Both the position numbers and the translations under genes were made by a program. This document shows, one piece after another, positions 1 to 8,716 of a stretch of DNA of 20,000 nucleotides. Source of the DNA: an uncultured virus (IMG/VR IMGVR_UViG_3300031335_000002). Taxonomy: Duplodnaviria > Heunggongvirae > Uroviricota > Caudoviricetes. The notes beneath the pieces were generated by a model, which ran no database searches, had not been told where the DNA came from, and saw only the letters and a program-made list of their open reading frames with translations. Location: IMG/VR virus record IMGVR_UViG_3300031335_000002. The stretch is one strand, 5' to 3'. How positions within the stretch are numbered: position 1 is the first letter of the stretch; the number at the start of each line of letters is the position of its first letter.

Positions 1-65
1 TGTTGCCACCAAAGAAGTTAAGTAACGCCCTCAGATTATCACTTACTTGTATTGTCCTTTTAATT

Positions 66-2783
66 TTAGATTTCTTTCATTTCTTCTACTCTCATGAGCT
101 TGTCTGTATCAGCCTGCATCCTTCCAGTTTTATGATTGTAATATAGCTTACCAGCAGGGCCGGTTTGGCCAGTGAAGCGACACTTGAGTACACTTAGCAT
201 CATAGTGTTTCGCTCTTTCTCGTCGTCTGACTCTTGGTTTCTTGCAAAGCCAATGACGTCGAAAGAAATCTGTTTGATAGAACCAGAATTGTGGGTGATT
301 ATATGGTTACCCAATAAGAACCTACCGTCTCCGTCTAAGGTAAAGCCATAGTATCTATCTTCATTAAGTTTCTCAATGATAATTTCTCTTTTTAGACAGT
401 CATTACGTTTCCTACTAGGTGGTACTCTTGATGACTTTTGACAAGGTATCTTATCTATTGCACCTGAAATCGTTACTTGGTAAATAGTAGAGTTATATGA
501 AGAATAGCTTGTTGAAGTTATCTTTTGAGGGCGACAAGTACTATAAAAACCTAAAGACCTTGCAATGTCCTTTACATCTTCCGCCATTGTTTTATCTTTC
601 TGGTAAAAATAAAAACACCTGTCTTTCTTTGAGTAAGTTCCGTCTGTATCTATTAACCCGGCAATTAACTGGATTCTATTTTCCCTAGAGTTAAACTTAT
701 AGTCAGGAGGAATGTGTTTGTTATTTAGAACACCAATATGCCTTAATTTATTGAGTAAATCACCTTTTGTAGTAGTTACAAAGTTGAAATATTCTTTCTT
801 TCTATTAGATGGTGTCTTCAAAGTTGCATTCAATTCTTTACTTACCCTTTTTGCAATACCTAAGTCAGAAGCATCCATGATCCTGAAAGCAGACTTAGAA
901 CCGTCTCCAAGCCAAACCCCTAAAGAGTAAGGGGGTATAATAAGATCCTTATTATCTAGTTCATACCCTTCCGAGAAGTGTTGTTTACACCTAACCTGAA
1001 AGCTTTTACTTTTATCTAAAAAGTCTTTAACTTTCATATCAAACATTCTATTATTTCTTGATAGAGTCAATACATGGTTCTCATTACAGATAAAATAATC
1101 TTTTGATGTTTTGTTAGATACTTTATACATACGTTGTTCACCGGTTTTTAGGCTCATAACTGTTCTTGGTAATGAGTCTGGACCCATGAGCTTGTCACCA
1201 ACTTTGATGTCTTGTACTTTTACTTTTCTACCCTTATAGCTTAATACTTCTGTGTCATAAGCTAAACAACCTTTGATGTCGTCTAGGGACGGAATACGAC
1301 CTTGTTCAAAAGTTTTCTGGTCGTTGTTTCTTTTACGAAGGTGAGAGATTAGACCAATCCACACATCATACTTCTTAGCTAGATGCAAGAGACTGTTCAT
1401 AATCTTGTCAATGGCTTCATTACCAGTAAGCCCGTCTGAACCTTCAGAAACAAGAATTGTAATGTGATCGATAAAAAGATACTTACAACCTTTCAGACAC
1501 ATGAACTCTAGGTGGTCCATAATAGACCCGTCGCTGATAGAGCCTTGATGGTCCAACACCAGAATATCTCCATCTGCGAAGACCTTATCAAAGCCTTCTC
1601 TCAGGTTTTCCATAGGGACATCTTCGTAAGAGGGGTTCTTGTTGATAGCCATACCAGAGAGCTTCTTAGTGTACTCCTCTGGTGACTCCTCTAGGCTGAT
1701 GATACCTACCCTACTAGAGGAGTGAACCCATGCCTCTCCGGTCTCCTCTGAGACACCCTGCTGTAGGTGGTAAACGATCTCTCTCATTAGGGTAGACTTC
1801 CCAGAGCCTGTGCCAGAGGTCCAAAGGGTGATTTCACCAGTTCGTATACCTCTAAGCTTTTCGTTTAGACCCTCCATATAGTCTGGGTAAGGTACAGACT
1901 GTTTATTGTTATATGCCTCTAGCCTTTCCCAGAGGTCTTTACCGTTAAGAATAGCAGCAGGAGAATACTCTCTAGCATCAGCAATAGCCCAAACTACGTG
2001 GTCTATGCCATACTCTTTTGCATAGTCGCAAGCATCCTTTACACCATCAACTGTCTGAACAACTTTAACCTTGTCGTAGCCAAGTATCTTAGCGGCTTCT
2101 TTAGTTGCTTTTTGACCGGGTCCGTCATTATCAAACCAGATAACAATCTCATCAAACTTCCTGAGTTCCTCTCTTACGTCAATTAAGTCTTTTGTTGCAA
2201 CGGAACTTTGAATAGAGTAAACAGGGTAGTGTCTTTTATAGATGCCGTAGTTGCCATCTTGTACTTTCATACAGTCGTCTTCACCTTCGGTGATTACTAC
2301 CCTCTTACCCTTGTTTGGGAACAGACCCCAACCAAACAAGCCTTTCATTTCACCTACTGTGCCTTCAGAGAAATCCTTAGGTAGAACTCTCTTCTTATAG
2401 CCTTTTGGAATACCATCATCAATGTTATAGGCATAATAAACTGCTTCTTGGTCTCCATCATCAAAGTAGGATACTTTACAGTTGTATAGCTCCATTGTTC
2501 GTAGAGATATTTTCTTCAACTCGTATTTATCCGAGTCATAGGCATCAAATACAGCTTTGGCAAACTTAGGGTCTTTACGATCAGACCAACCCTTTGGTTT
2601 CTTAGAGTATTCCTCCTTTGTTTTATATTCTCCGGTACCCATTTCCTCTCCAGTATCGGGATCAAACGACCCTGATTTAAACTTTGCTCCACATTCTGCA
2701 TTATGACAGTAACCACCACCATCATCAAAGACTGTGAAGCTGTTACCCCCATGAGCGGGGCAAATCTGATTATACTTGGGCAT
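66..2783 (-). CDS. T7 gp4-like DNA primase-helicase precursor containing an intein (about 578 aa after splicing)
   Basis: N-terminal Zn-binding Cys/His cluster (CPAH...CHNAEC), TOPRIM motifs (ITEGEDD, WFDNDGPG, KDACD), Walker A SGTGSGKST, Walker B LFIDH, ISHLRK, and DDIKG|SGSIKQ restored when the intein is removed. Confidence 0.95.
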   Translation of the reverse strand: MPKYNQICPAHGGNSFTVFDDGGGYCHNAECGAKFKSGSFDPDTGEEMGTGEYKTKEEYSKKPKGWSDRKDPKFAKAVFDAYDSDKYELKKISLRTMELYNCKVSYFDDGDQEAVYYAYNIDDGIPKGYKKRVLPKDFSEGTVGEMKGLFGWGLFPNKGKRVVITEGEDDCMKVQDGNYGIYKRHYPVYSIQSSVATKDLIDVREELRKFDEIVIWFDNDGPGQKATKEAAKILGYDKVKVVQTVDGVKDACDYAKEYGIDHVVWAIADAREYSPAAILNGKDLWERLEAYNNKQSVPYPDYMEGLNEKLRGIRTGEITLWTSGTGSGKSTLMREIVYHLQQGVSEETGEAWVHSSSRVGIISLEESPEEYTKKLSGMAINKNPSYEDVPMENLREGFDKVFADGDILVLDHQGSISDGSIMDHLEFMCLKGCKYLFIDHITILVSEGSDGLTGNEAIDKIMNSLLHLAKKYDVWIGLISHLRKRNNDQKTFEQGRIPSLDDIKGCLAYDTEVLSYKGRKVKVQDIKVGDKLMGPDSLPRTVMSLKTGEQRMYKVSNKTSKDYFICNENHVLTLSRNNRMFDMKVKDFLDKSKSFQVRCKQHFSEGYELDNKDLIIPPYSLGVWLGDGSKSAFRIMDASDLGIAKRVSKELNATLKTPSNRKKEYFNFVTTTKGDLLNKLRHIGVLNNKHIPPDYKFNSRENRIQLIAGLIDTDGTYSKKDRCFYFYQKDKTMAEDVKDIARSLGFYSTCRPQKITSTSYSSYNSTIYQVTISGAIDKIPCQKSSRVPPSRKRNDCLKREIIIEKLNEDRYYGFTLDGDGRFLLGNHIITHNSGSIKQISFDVIGFARNQESDDEKERNTMMLSVLKCRFTGQTGPAGKLYYNHKTGRMQADTDKLMRVEEMKEI
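288..1268 (-). mobile_element. Intein (327 aa, precursor residues 506-832) with LAGLIDADG homing endonuclease domain
   Basis: Starts CLAYDTEV, block B CNENHVL, LAGLIDADG-like motifs LGVWLGDG and IAGLIDTDG, ends YYGFTLDGDGRFLLGNHIITHN followed by Ser+1; interrupts the conserved helicase motif DIKG/SG. Confidence 0.95.
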
Positions 2784-2784
2784 T

Positions 2785-2943
2785 TTACTCCTTTAGCATA
2801 GCCTGCGTCCAACTCTCAAGGGAAAATTTATTATCTCCCAAGAAAGACACCCCACCAATAGGTTTATAGCCTTTTTGCATAAGACTATTAACTTGGCTCT
2901 CCAATATATACCTATCAGAACACTTAACTACTTTGTATTTCAT
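2785..2943 (-). CDS. Small protein (52 aa), DUF1737-like
   Basis: Start re-assigned to MKYKVV behind an AAGGA RBS; the pattern VNSLMQKGYKPIGG...QAML resembles the DUF1737 family. Confidence 0.6.
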   Translation of the reverse strand: MKYKVVKCSDRYILESQVNSLMQKGYKPIGGVSFLGDNKFSLESWTQAMLKE

Positions 2944-3415
2944 TTTTCTTATTCCTTTCAAGGATCTTACGTTTGATTTTAGCAGCATACTTTTTTGTAG
3001 CCGGGGGAACGTTTTCGTGAGGAACAAATTTAATTGCTGATATAACACGATTATATGAAGCGTACTCCCCCGAAGGAAGGGTAGAGGTTATAGAGTCAGA
3101 GAGCATTTGCAGGTAAACCTCTCCGTAGTAAAGACCACCTTTTGTTTTGTAGAGATCAACTATCTCAAACTCAAATGCGTTTTTTCCCAATTTGTTCATA
3201 TCATCTTTAAGATTTTTAGACGAACCCGCATAGGTTCTCCAAGAATGTTCTTTTCCGTATCTAGGTGATTTCTTTAATCCGTTATACCTAAACACTTTCT
3301 TGCCAATGTAAAATTTACCGTCACTTTTTCTTGTGATACAATAGACAAACCCAAACCACTCCGAAGTTCTAAATTTTCTTCGGAATGACCAGTGGCCTAG
3401 GTTGTCCTTAGACAA
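2924..3415 (-). CDS. GIY-YIG family endonuclease (start uncertain; TTG at 3415 proposed, ORF is open to 3553)
   Basis: FGFVYCITRKSDGKFYIGKK matches the GIY-(x10)-YIG motif, followed by WRTYAGSS, FEFEIV and a late YN. Confidence 0.8.
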   Translation of the reverse strand: MSKDNLGHWSFRRKFRTSEWFGFVYCITRKSDGKFYIGKKVFRYNGLKKSPRYGKEHSWRTYAGSSKNLKDDMNKLGKNAFEFEIVDLYKTKGGLYYGEVYLQMLSDSITSTLPSGEYASYNRVISAIKFVPHENVPPATKKYAAKIKRKILERNKKNEIQSS

Positions 3416-4292
3416 TAACGGCGTGGGAATTGGTGATTTCTTCGTATTCTTCTGGGTCAAATGTCCAAATGTCTCCTTTTGTCCTCCAGATATGAAGGAG
3501 ACTACCATTGAACAAAAGCTTCTTGAAACCCTCGTTACCGTATTTAAGACCATACTTAGAAACTACCACCTCTTTGTGTTCTTGTGGTGTTGTCAAGCCC
3601 GACAAAATCTTACCTGCCTTGATTGGTCCTATTCCTTCTATACCCGGAATATTGTCAATGGAGTCGCCGGTCAACATCTGTTTCCAGAAAAATATATCGG
3701 CTTGTTCCTCATTGACGTGCCAACGCCTCTTAGCGTTAACCTCTGTTTTTGGGTCTAAATGATATCCGGGTATCATGTCTAGGTCTTTGTCAACCGTGAC
3801 TACAACATAGTTATCTTCCCCTAGCTTGGTAGCCCAGACACCAATAGCGTCATCTGCTTCGTAACCTTGACAGTAATGGGCATCAAATACATCTACTGCC
3901 CAGAACCTTAGCTCATCAATATAAGGCGCTCTTTTCTTATTAGATGTTGCCCTTGCTTTTTGAAGCTTGTACTCTGGATGTATTTTCTTTCGAAAGTTAT
4001 CCTGAGAGTTGCCAACTGCCATTGAGTACACAGCCTCTTCTTCTGGTATGTAGTGGCTCTCGAATATGTGCTCTACAAAATGCTCAAAACGGTCTTGAGC
4101 GTGTTCAATTGAAGGCTGATAGGTTTGTTTTGCTGCTTCTATCTCCTTAAGACTTGCACCTCTCCACTCCATCTCTTCTAAGTCAGCCTTAGATGCTGGT
4201 TTTTGCCAACAAGCCATGTGAACAAGAATATCACCATCGATTAAGAGTCTCCTGTTCTTTGGCTTATACTGGATTACTTCCTGCATTATCAT
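3408..4292 (-). CDS. 5'-3' exonuclease / RNase H-like flap nuclease (T7 gp6-like); true start probably ATG at 4286
   Basis: LLIDGDIL, NFRK...YK..R, EADDAIG, DKDLDMIPG, GDSIDNIPGIEGIGPIKA (H3TH motif). Confidence 0.92.
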   Translation of the reverse strand: MIMQEVIQYKPKNRRLLIDGDILVHMACWQKPASKADLEEMEWRGASLKEIEAAKQTYQPSIEHAQDRFEHFVEHIFESHYIPEEEAVYSMAVGNSQDNFRKKIHPEYKLQKARATSNKKRAPYIDELRFWAVDVFDAHYCQGYEADDAIGVWATKLGEDNYVVVTVDKDLDMIPGYHLDPKTEVNAKRRWHVNEEQADIFFWKQMLTGDSIDNIPGIEGIGPIKAGKILSGLTTPQEHKEVVVSKYGLKYGNEGFKKLLFNGSLLHIWRTKGDIWTFDPEEYEEITNSHAVIV

Positions 4293-4575
4293 CTTCCTCT
4301 GAAATTAGGTCAAGATCAATTCCTTGCATTACAGCACTTAGGATTTCAGTCATCACCCCCTCATAAGCCTGTTGAAAAGCAACATCTTTTCCAATTGGGA
4401 AATCCGATACAATCTCAATTGGGTAATCTGTCCCTTTCTTTGATGCCAGTTCACTAAGAGCAACTGCAACATTTGGAAAAGACTTTACCTCTAGTCGGAA
4501 TCGATAAGTGTATTCTTCTCCCTCACCCTCTTCATGGGTAATTCCGTATTCGTATTTGTTCATATTAGTATCCAT
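4264..4575 (-). CDS. Hypothetical protein (acidic)
   Basis: ORF packed in operon order, overlapping the start of the exonuclease. Confidence 0.65.
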   Translation of the reverse strand: MDTNMNKYEYGITHEEGEGEEYTYRFRLEVKSFPNVAVALSELASKKGTDYPIEIVSDFPIGKDVAFQQAYEGVMTEILSAVMQGIDLDLISEEDDNAGSNPV

Positions 4576-4578
4576 TGT

Positions 4579-4749
4579 TTACTTTTTTGCCCCGCGAATA
4601 GTCTTTGGTTTGAACCATTTCCAGTCATTGACTCTTTCATTTTCAAAAGGTCTTGGACGTAGCTGTCCTGTAACCGGGTGATACTCTTTTTCTCCATTGA
4701 GAGGATGCAACCTATTAACCTTTTTGATATTCTTTGGTTTCTTCTCCAC
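4579..4749 (-). CDS. Small hypothetical protein (56 aa, GTG start; below ORF-track cut-off)
   Basis: Open frame (V/M)EKKPKNIKKVNRLHPLNGEKEYHPVTGQLRPRPFENERVNDWKWFKPKTIRGAKK* fills the gap between neighbouring genes. Confidence 0.45.
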   Translation of the reverse strand: MEKKPKNIKKVNRLHPLNGEKEYHPVTGQLRPRPFENERVNDWKWFKPKTIRGAKK

Positions 4750-4760
4750 TGCGTATTCTT

Positions 4761-5063
4761 TTATACCTTCTCCCCATACTTTTGGGGGTGTAGAGAGAAG
4801 TTTCCTTCAAGTTCATTTTCCCAATCTACACCTAGAGCCTTTAGGAGTGCTGCAAGACACCTAACGTCAAACCTGACTGTGTCTACTCCAAAGTCTGTGT
4901 TTTGAACAATTTGAAGAACCCCATCTCTTGATATGTACACTTTCATAGGGTCTCCAGTAGGTTGCCTTTGGAAGTCTATAATTCTGACTCCAGACTTATT
5001 CTCAACGTTAATCAATATGTCTGGTAGCCTGTTTTCTTTTTTGTTTTTAGTCTTATGGGACAT
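4761..5063 (-). CDS. Hypothetical protein
   Basis: ORF overlapping the upstream stop, same strand as the operon. Confidence 0.65.
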   Translation of the reverse strand: MSHKTKNKKENRLPDILINVENKSGVRIIDFQRQPTGDPMKVYISRDGVLQIVQNTDFGVDTVRFDVRCLAALLKALGVDWENELEGNFSLHPQKYGEKV

Positions 5064-5256
5064 TTAGACCTTTCGATTTTACGAACTCTTCAAGCTCTAG
5101 AATTCTATACCACATAGAAAGAGTGAAGTTTGGTAGGTCATGGTGAAAGTTCAGACCTGTGTAGTAACCATGTCTCAAGACTCTACCGGGTTTATCATTA
5201 AAGTTTTTGTTGAACTCAATGCTATAAGTGTCGTCAATCTTTTTAACTTTGGTCAT
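5053..5256 (-). CDS. Hypothetical protein
   Basis: 67-aa ORF immediately downstream of the DNA polymerase. Confidence 0.6.
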   Translation of the reverse strand: MTKVKKIDDTYSIEFNKNFNDKPGRVLRHGYYTGLNFHHDLPNFTLSMWYRILELEEFVKSKGLNVP

Positions 5257-5286
5257 TGATTGTGTACCCTATCTTTCTTATTATGA

Positions 5287-7314
5287 TTAGTGGACTTCAA
5301 AGTAGTCTTTTCCAGCTTTACAATCCCCGCATACCATAATGTCAACACCGAATTCTTTCGGGGCTTCCTTAAAACTCTCAATGATGATTTCTTTTGCTCT
5401 TTCAACGTAATCGTTTCTTACTTCAATATTGATCTCATCATGATAGAACAATAGGAATCGGTGGGCAATGCCCTCTTCTTTAAACCTACGCCAAATCATG
5501 GAGATAGTTGCCTTCATAACGATCGCCTCAGCACCTTGGATGAGGTAGTTGAGAGCTTTATGAGGCTGATTGCAATAGATATGTCGATCGTCTAGACCTA
5601 CGATAAATCCTTGCTTTTTTACAATATTTTTAACACGATTGATCAAGCTATCAAGGTTTGGATAAGCCTTTTGGAACTCCTCTTTAAGTTGGAAACCAAC
5701 AGACTCGGGAAGCTTTAGAATCTTGGCAAGTTTAGGCCCTCCGGCACCGTAAAGAAATGCAAAAATGAAGGGTTTGGCATCTGCTCGGCTGACAATAGTT
5801 GATGACTTAAGAATAGATGTAGCACTACGAGAAAGAATATTAGCATTGTTCTGATGCATGTCTCCTTCGAGAAGTTCTTTTAGGAACTCATCATCTTTCA
5901 TGTAATGAGCTAGAAGCCTTAGCTGACAACCAGCGGAGTCAGCCGACACAACAGACCAACCCTCTTCAGCAATAAAGAGGCTTCTGACTTCTTTCCCAAG
6001 TGTAGCATTACCTGATGGTAGATTTACAATAACGGACTGAGTCTGTCTAAAGGTTGGTGTACCAATATTAATAACATCTCCGTGGAGACGATCATCATCA
6101 GAGAAATGATCTTCCCATCCATCCATAATTGATTTACGAGACCTTAGAGTGTAAAACTCATTAATGTCTCCTGCGTTATCAAGCAACTCTAACGAAGTAC
6201 TAGTAATTTTTGGGGAAGTCCTTTTCCAATAACGTTTACCTCTTTCGTCAAACTCCCACTTACCATTCCAGTCATCTGGCTCCCAGCCAATTTTCCATAG
6301 ATATCGTTTAACTGAGTCTGTAGAACCAATATCAGCATCACGGAATGTTACACGACAGTAATCACCCCAAACACCGTAGTTGTTCTTCTTACCTGCATCC
6401 TTTGGTAAGTCAAAGGTTTCACGAAGTGCTTTCGAGAACAGACCATTCTTTTGAACAGCCCATTTCTTAGCAAAGCCACCAGTGAAGTTGTCGTGATCGT
6501 ACTCGTCTGTGTATCTTATGGTGTCAGATTTATACCCTTTCCGATCTCCACTGATCTTCTGAGGCTCTTTACCAAGACGAGGATTAACTTCTGATGTAAT
6601 CTCATCCATACGTTTGTCAATTTTATCGATAACATCACAAACGCTTTTCCGATCAATTAACCAACCGTTAATGAGTTGTTCTGCGGCAATTCTAGCAGAG
6701 TCTGTCTCAATTTGGATAGCTCTTACAATGTTCTTCTGCCCTGATTTGACCATATGGGTTACTTCGCCTAGTAGTTCTTTATAAATAGGAACCATAAGAC
6801 GAACGTCTTGTTTCATATACTCAAACATTTCTTTACTGAACTTAGTAAAGTCTGTCCATTCACCTTTGTAGTTGTCAAGGTGAATACCCCATCGGGCAAG
6901 GCTGTGGCTATCACCCATGACAAGCTTAGGTTTTTTAAACAAACCAAAATCACCCTGTTCATTCCGCCATTTTAGATAGTTTTGGTAGTTCTGATCAGAA
7001 GCATCAAACCTATTATAATTGAGCACTCTAGACATAACATGGGTATCAACAAACTTATCGTGATTATGCTTGTACCATGTTATACCGTTAAGTCTTGCTA
7101 GCTTAATAAGTAGGTATTCGTCGTAGCCCGCGCCGTTATGAGCAGCGCGGACATCGTATGTACATAGGTCTCTTAAAAACTTTTCAAATTCGAGAGGACC
7201 GTACCATTTTTCTTCCTTAGTATCAAGGTCTATAATACCGCCGCAGAACCATCTGTCTGCGCTTCTTAGGAACCCGTTTGCTTCAGTGTCGTAGACACAC
7301 CTTCGTCTAGCCAT
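5287..7314 (-). CDS. Family A DNA polymerase with 3'-5' exonuclease domain (T7 gp5-like)
   Basis: ExoI YDTEANG, ExoII AHNGAGYD, ExoIII YMKQDV; polymerase motif A VSADSAGCQLRLLAHY, motif B RADAKPFIFAFLYGAG, motif C FYHDEI; AGGAGG RBS. Confidence 0.96.
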   Translation of the reverse strand: MARRRCVYDTEANGFLRSADRWFCGGIIDLDTKEEKWYGPLEFEKFLRDLCTYDVRAAHNGAGYDEYLLIKLARLNGITWYKHNHDKFVDTHVMSRVLNYNRFDASDQNYQNYLKWRNEQGDFGLFKKPKLVMGDSHSLARWGIHLDNYKGEWTDFTKFSKEMFEYMKQDVRLMVPIYKELLGEVTHMVKSGQKNIVRAIQIETDSARIAAEQLINGWLIDRKSVCDVIDKIDKRMDEITSEVNPRLGKEPQKISGDRKGYKSDTIRYTDEYDHDNFTGGFAKKWAVQKNGLFSKALRETFDLPKDAGKKNNYGVWGDYCRVTFRDADIGSTDSVKRYLWKIGWEPDDWNGKWEFDERGKRYWKRTSPKITSTSLELLDNAGDINEFYTLRSRKSIMDGWEDHFSDDDRLHGDVINIGTPTFRQTQSVIVNLPSGNATLGKEVRSLFIAEEGWSVVSADSAGCQLRLLAHYMKDDEFLKELLEGDMHQNNANILSRSATSILKSSTIVSRADAKPFIFAFLYGAGGPKLAKILKLPESVGFQLKEEFQKAYPNLDSLINRVKNIVKKQGFIVGLDDRHIYCNQPHKALNYLIQGAEAIVMKATISMIWRRFKEEGIAHRFLLFYHDEINIEVRNDYVERAKEIIIESFKEAPKEFGVDIMVCGDCKAGKDYFEVH

Positions 7315-7721
7315 TCGTCTCCTCCTTGGAAAGTCTCGTTAGGAATACCGGGATAAAAGAGATTCATGTCTACACCAAGGTCTTTACACTGTTTAATCTT
7401 TCCCATGTGTGCCCAAGGAGCAAATTCCCGTGGCTGTTTCTGTGTATCAGAAATGCGGTTGTGAGCATCCATAAGATACCAGATTGCCTTTTCTAGCTCA
7501 ATACGCTCATCATCTTTTCGACCAAGACGAGTTTGATACTTTAGTGCGTTGACCACACTCGGTGTAACATAGGGATTGATCTTACTACCAATGTAGGCAG
7601 CAAGGTCATTGTATCCAATGTCCCTACCAGTTTGCAAGGCTCGGATCATTTCCTCTGCCGGAATCAGTTGGTGATGCTTAGCTTGCACCGAGTTTTGGCC
7701 TTTTTCACGTTCTGTTGTCAT
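7266..7721 (-). CDS. DUF3310-like protein (family includes T7 gp1.7 nucleotide kinase)
   Basis: NALKYQTRLGRKDDERIELEKAIWYL matches the N..KY..R.G.K......L.KA.WYL signature. Confidence 0.65.
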   Translation of the reverse strand: MTTEREKGQNSVQAKHHQLIPAEEMIRALQTGRDIGYNDLAAYIGSKINPYVTPSVVNALKYQTRLGRKDDERIELEKAIWYLMDAHNRISDTQKQPREFAPWAHMGKIKQCKDLGVDMNLFYPGIPNETFQGGDEWLDEGVSTTLKQTGS

Positions 7722-7745
7722 ATAATACCTCTTCTTTAGTTATAG

Positions 7746-8047
7746 TTAAGACTGTTCCTTCTCACTCTGGAGAAGGTCTGTTTTCTTAGCGTACACTGGG
7801 ATTGCCTCTTTTTTGTGGTGGTTATAAAAGTTTGCGCGTCTCTCTGTGTCATACATCTTTCCTCTAAGTCCTATCAACGCTGAAGTTTGTTCTTTCTCTG
7901 TTCCGTTTCGGGCAACTACATCTCTCCACCTCTTGACACTGAATACGTGGGGGACCCACCAACCAACACAGACCTCTTCATCTTTAACGTCTGCTAATTG
8001 CTTTTCAAACGGCGCTTTTTTTTTTTAGTTTCAAAGATATCATCCAT
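7746..8047 (-). pseudogene. Roughly 100-aa hypothetical gene interrupted at an A11 tract (programmed frameshift, phase variation or sequencing error)
   Basis: A long open frame (APFEKQLADVKDEEVCVGWWVPHVFSVKRW...EKEQS*) lacks a start at its 5' end; two ATGs coupled to the upstream stop come into frame with A12 (8047) or A10 (8043). Confidence 0.6.
7981..7999 (-). promoter_or_regulatory. Candidate phage RNA polymerase promoter AATTAGCAGACGTTAAAGA
   Basis: 17/19 identity to the intergenic motif at 9438-9456; resembles the SP6 promoter ATTTAGGTGACACTATAGA. Confidence 0.55.
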
Positions 8048-8555
8048 TATAAGCTTCTTCTTCAATTTCATCAAGTGCCTTAGAGAGATCATAACGCAGG
8101 GCTTCTGCGCTAATGTATCCGTAGAGACGTGCTACTTTGTCTGCAGCAAAGTCTTGAGACCAGTGGTTACCCTCTGCCATGATTGCCGCTCGTTCTTCAA
8201 ACTGGTCACGACACATCATAATTTGTTCTTTTGTTTTAAGCTCTACTAAAGCCATAGGATTGTCCTTCCATTCGTTGCCATAAGTTTTCCCAAAGAAGAA
8301 AGCCCATTTATAAGGATCGTCTAATACTTCACAAGAGCACCATTCCCAGTTAGAGATGTCGATATTATTGTAACGAGCATTCGATTCTATTAAAGACATA
8401 TGCGCTCGCATATCAACCATAGTATAACACCCATCTCTAATAAGCATGATGTAACCCTTTTGGGCACAGGGTCCACTCTCAATAAAGTGTAGGCTGTAAT
8501 TTTCATCTACTAGGCTTAGATTACCGCTGTAGAACTCCATGAATCTTTCAGACAT
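8040..8555 (-). CDS. Hypothetical protein
   Basis: 171-aa ORF with GAAAGGG RBS. Confidence 0.75.
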   Translation of the reverse strand: MSERFMEFYSGNLSLVDENYSLHFIESGPCAQKGYIMLIRDGCYTMVDMRAHMSLIESNARYNNIDISNWEWCSCEVLDDPYKWAFFFGKTYGNEWKDNPMALVELKTKEQIMMCRDQFEERAAIMAEGNHWSQDFAADKVARLYGYISAEALRYDLSKALDEIEEEAYNG

Positions 8556-8578
8556 ATTCTCAACCCTTTCAGTTGTTT

Positions 8579-8601
8579 GGGGAGGCTATTATAGCCCCCC
8601 C
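8579..8601 (-). terminator. GC-rich hairpin (possible terminator or processing signal)
   Basis: GGGGGGGCUAU-A-AUAGCCUCCCC pairs on the minus strand with one G-U; the U-rich tail lies on the plus strand, so direction is ambiguous. Confidence 0.4.
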
Positions 8602-8614
8602 TTGTTTTTGTTAT

Positions 8615-8710
8615 TTATACTTTCGAGCCGGTAAGCATTACACGACCTTCTAAACTAACCATGTAATCGGTCAAGCTGGGGGATAGACGCCACTCTTCGG
8701 TGGTATTCAT
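8615..8710 (-). pseudogene. Truncated NUMOD4-motif ORF (31 aa), probable homing endonuclease remnant
   Basis: MNTTEEWRLSPSLTDYMVSLEGRVMLTGSKV* matches the NUMOD4 start E.W.......Y.VS..GRV but has no nuclease domain. Confidence 0.6.
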
Positions 8711-8716
8711 GGCCTA

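Noticed and set aside
1..60. Possible start of the next gene (AAAGGA then an open frame IQVSDNLRALLNFFGGN)
   Set aside because: No canonical start codon and truncated by the window edge, so it cannot be supported
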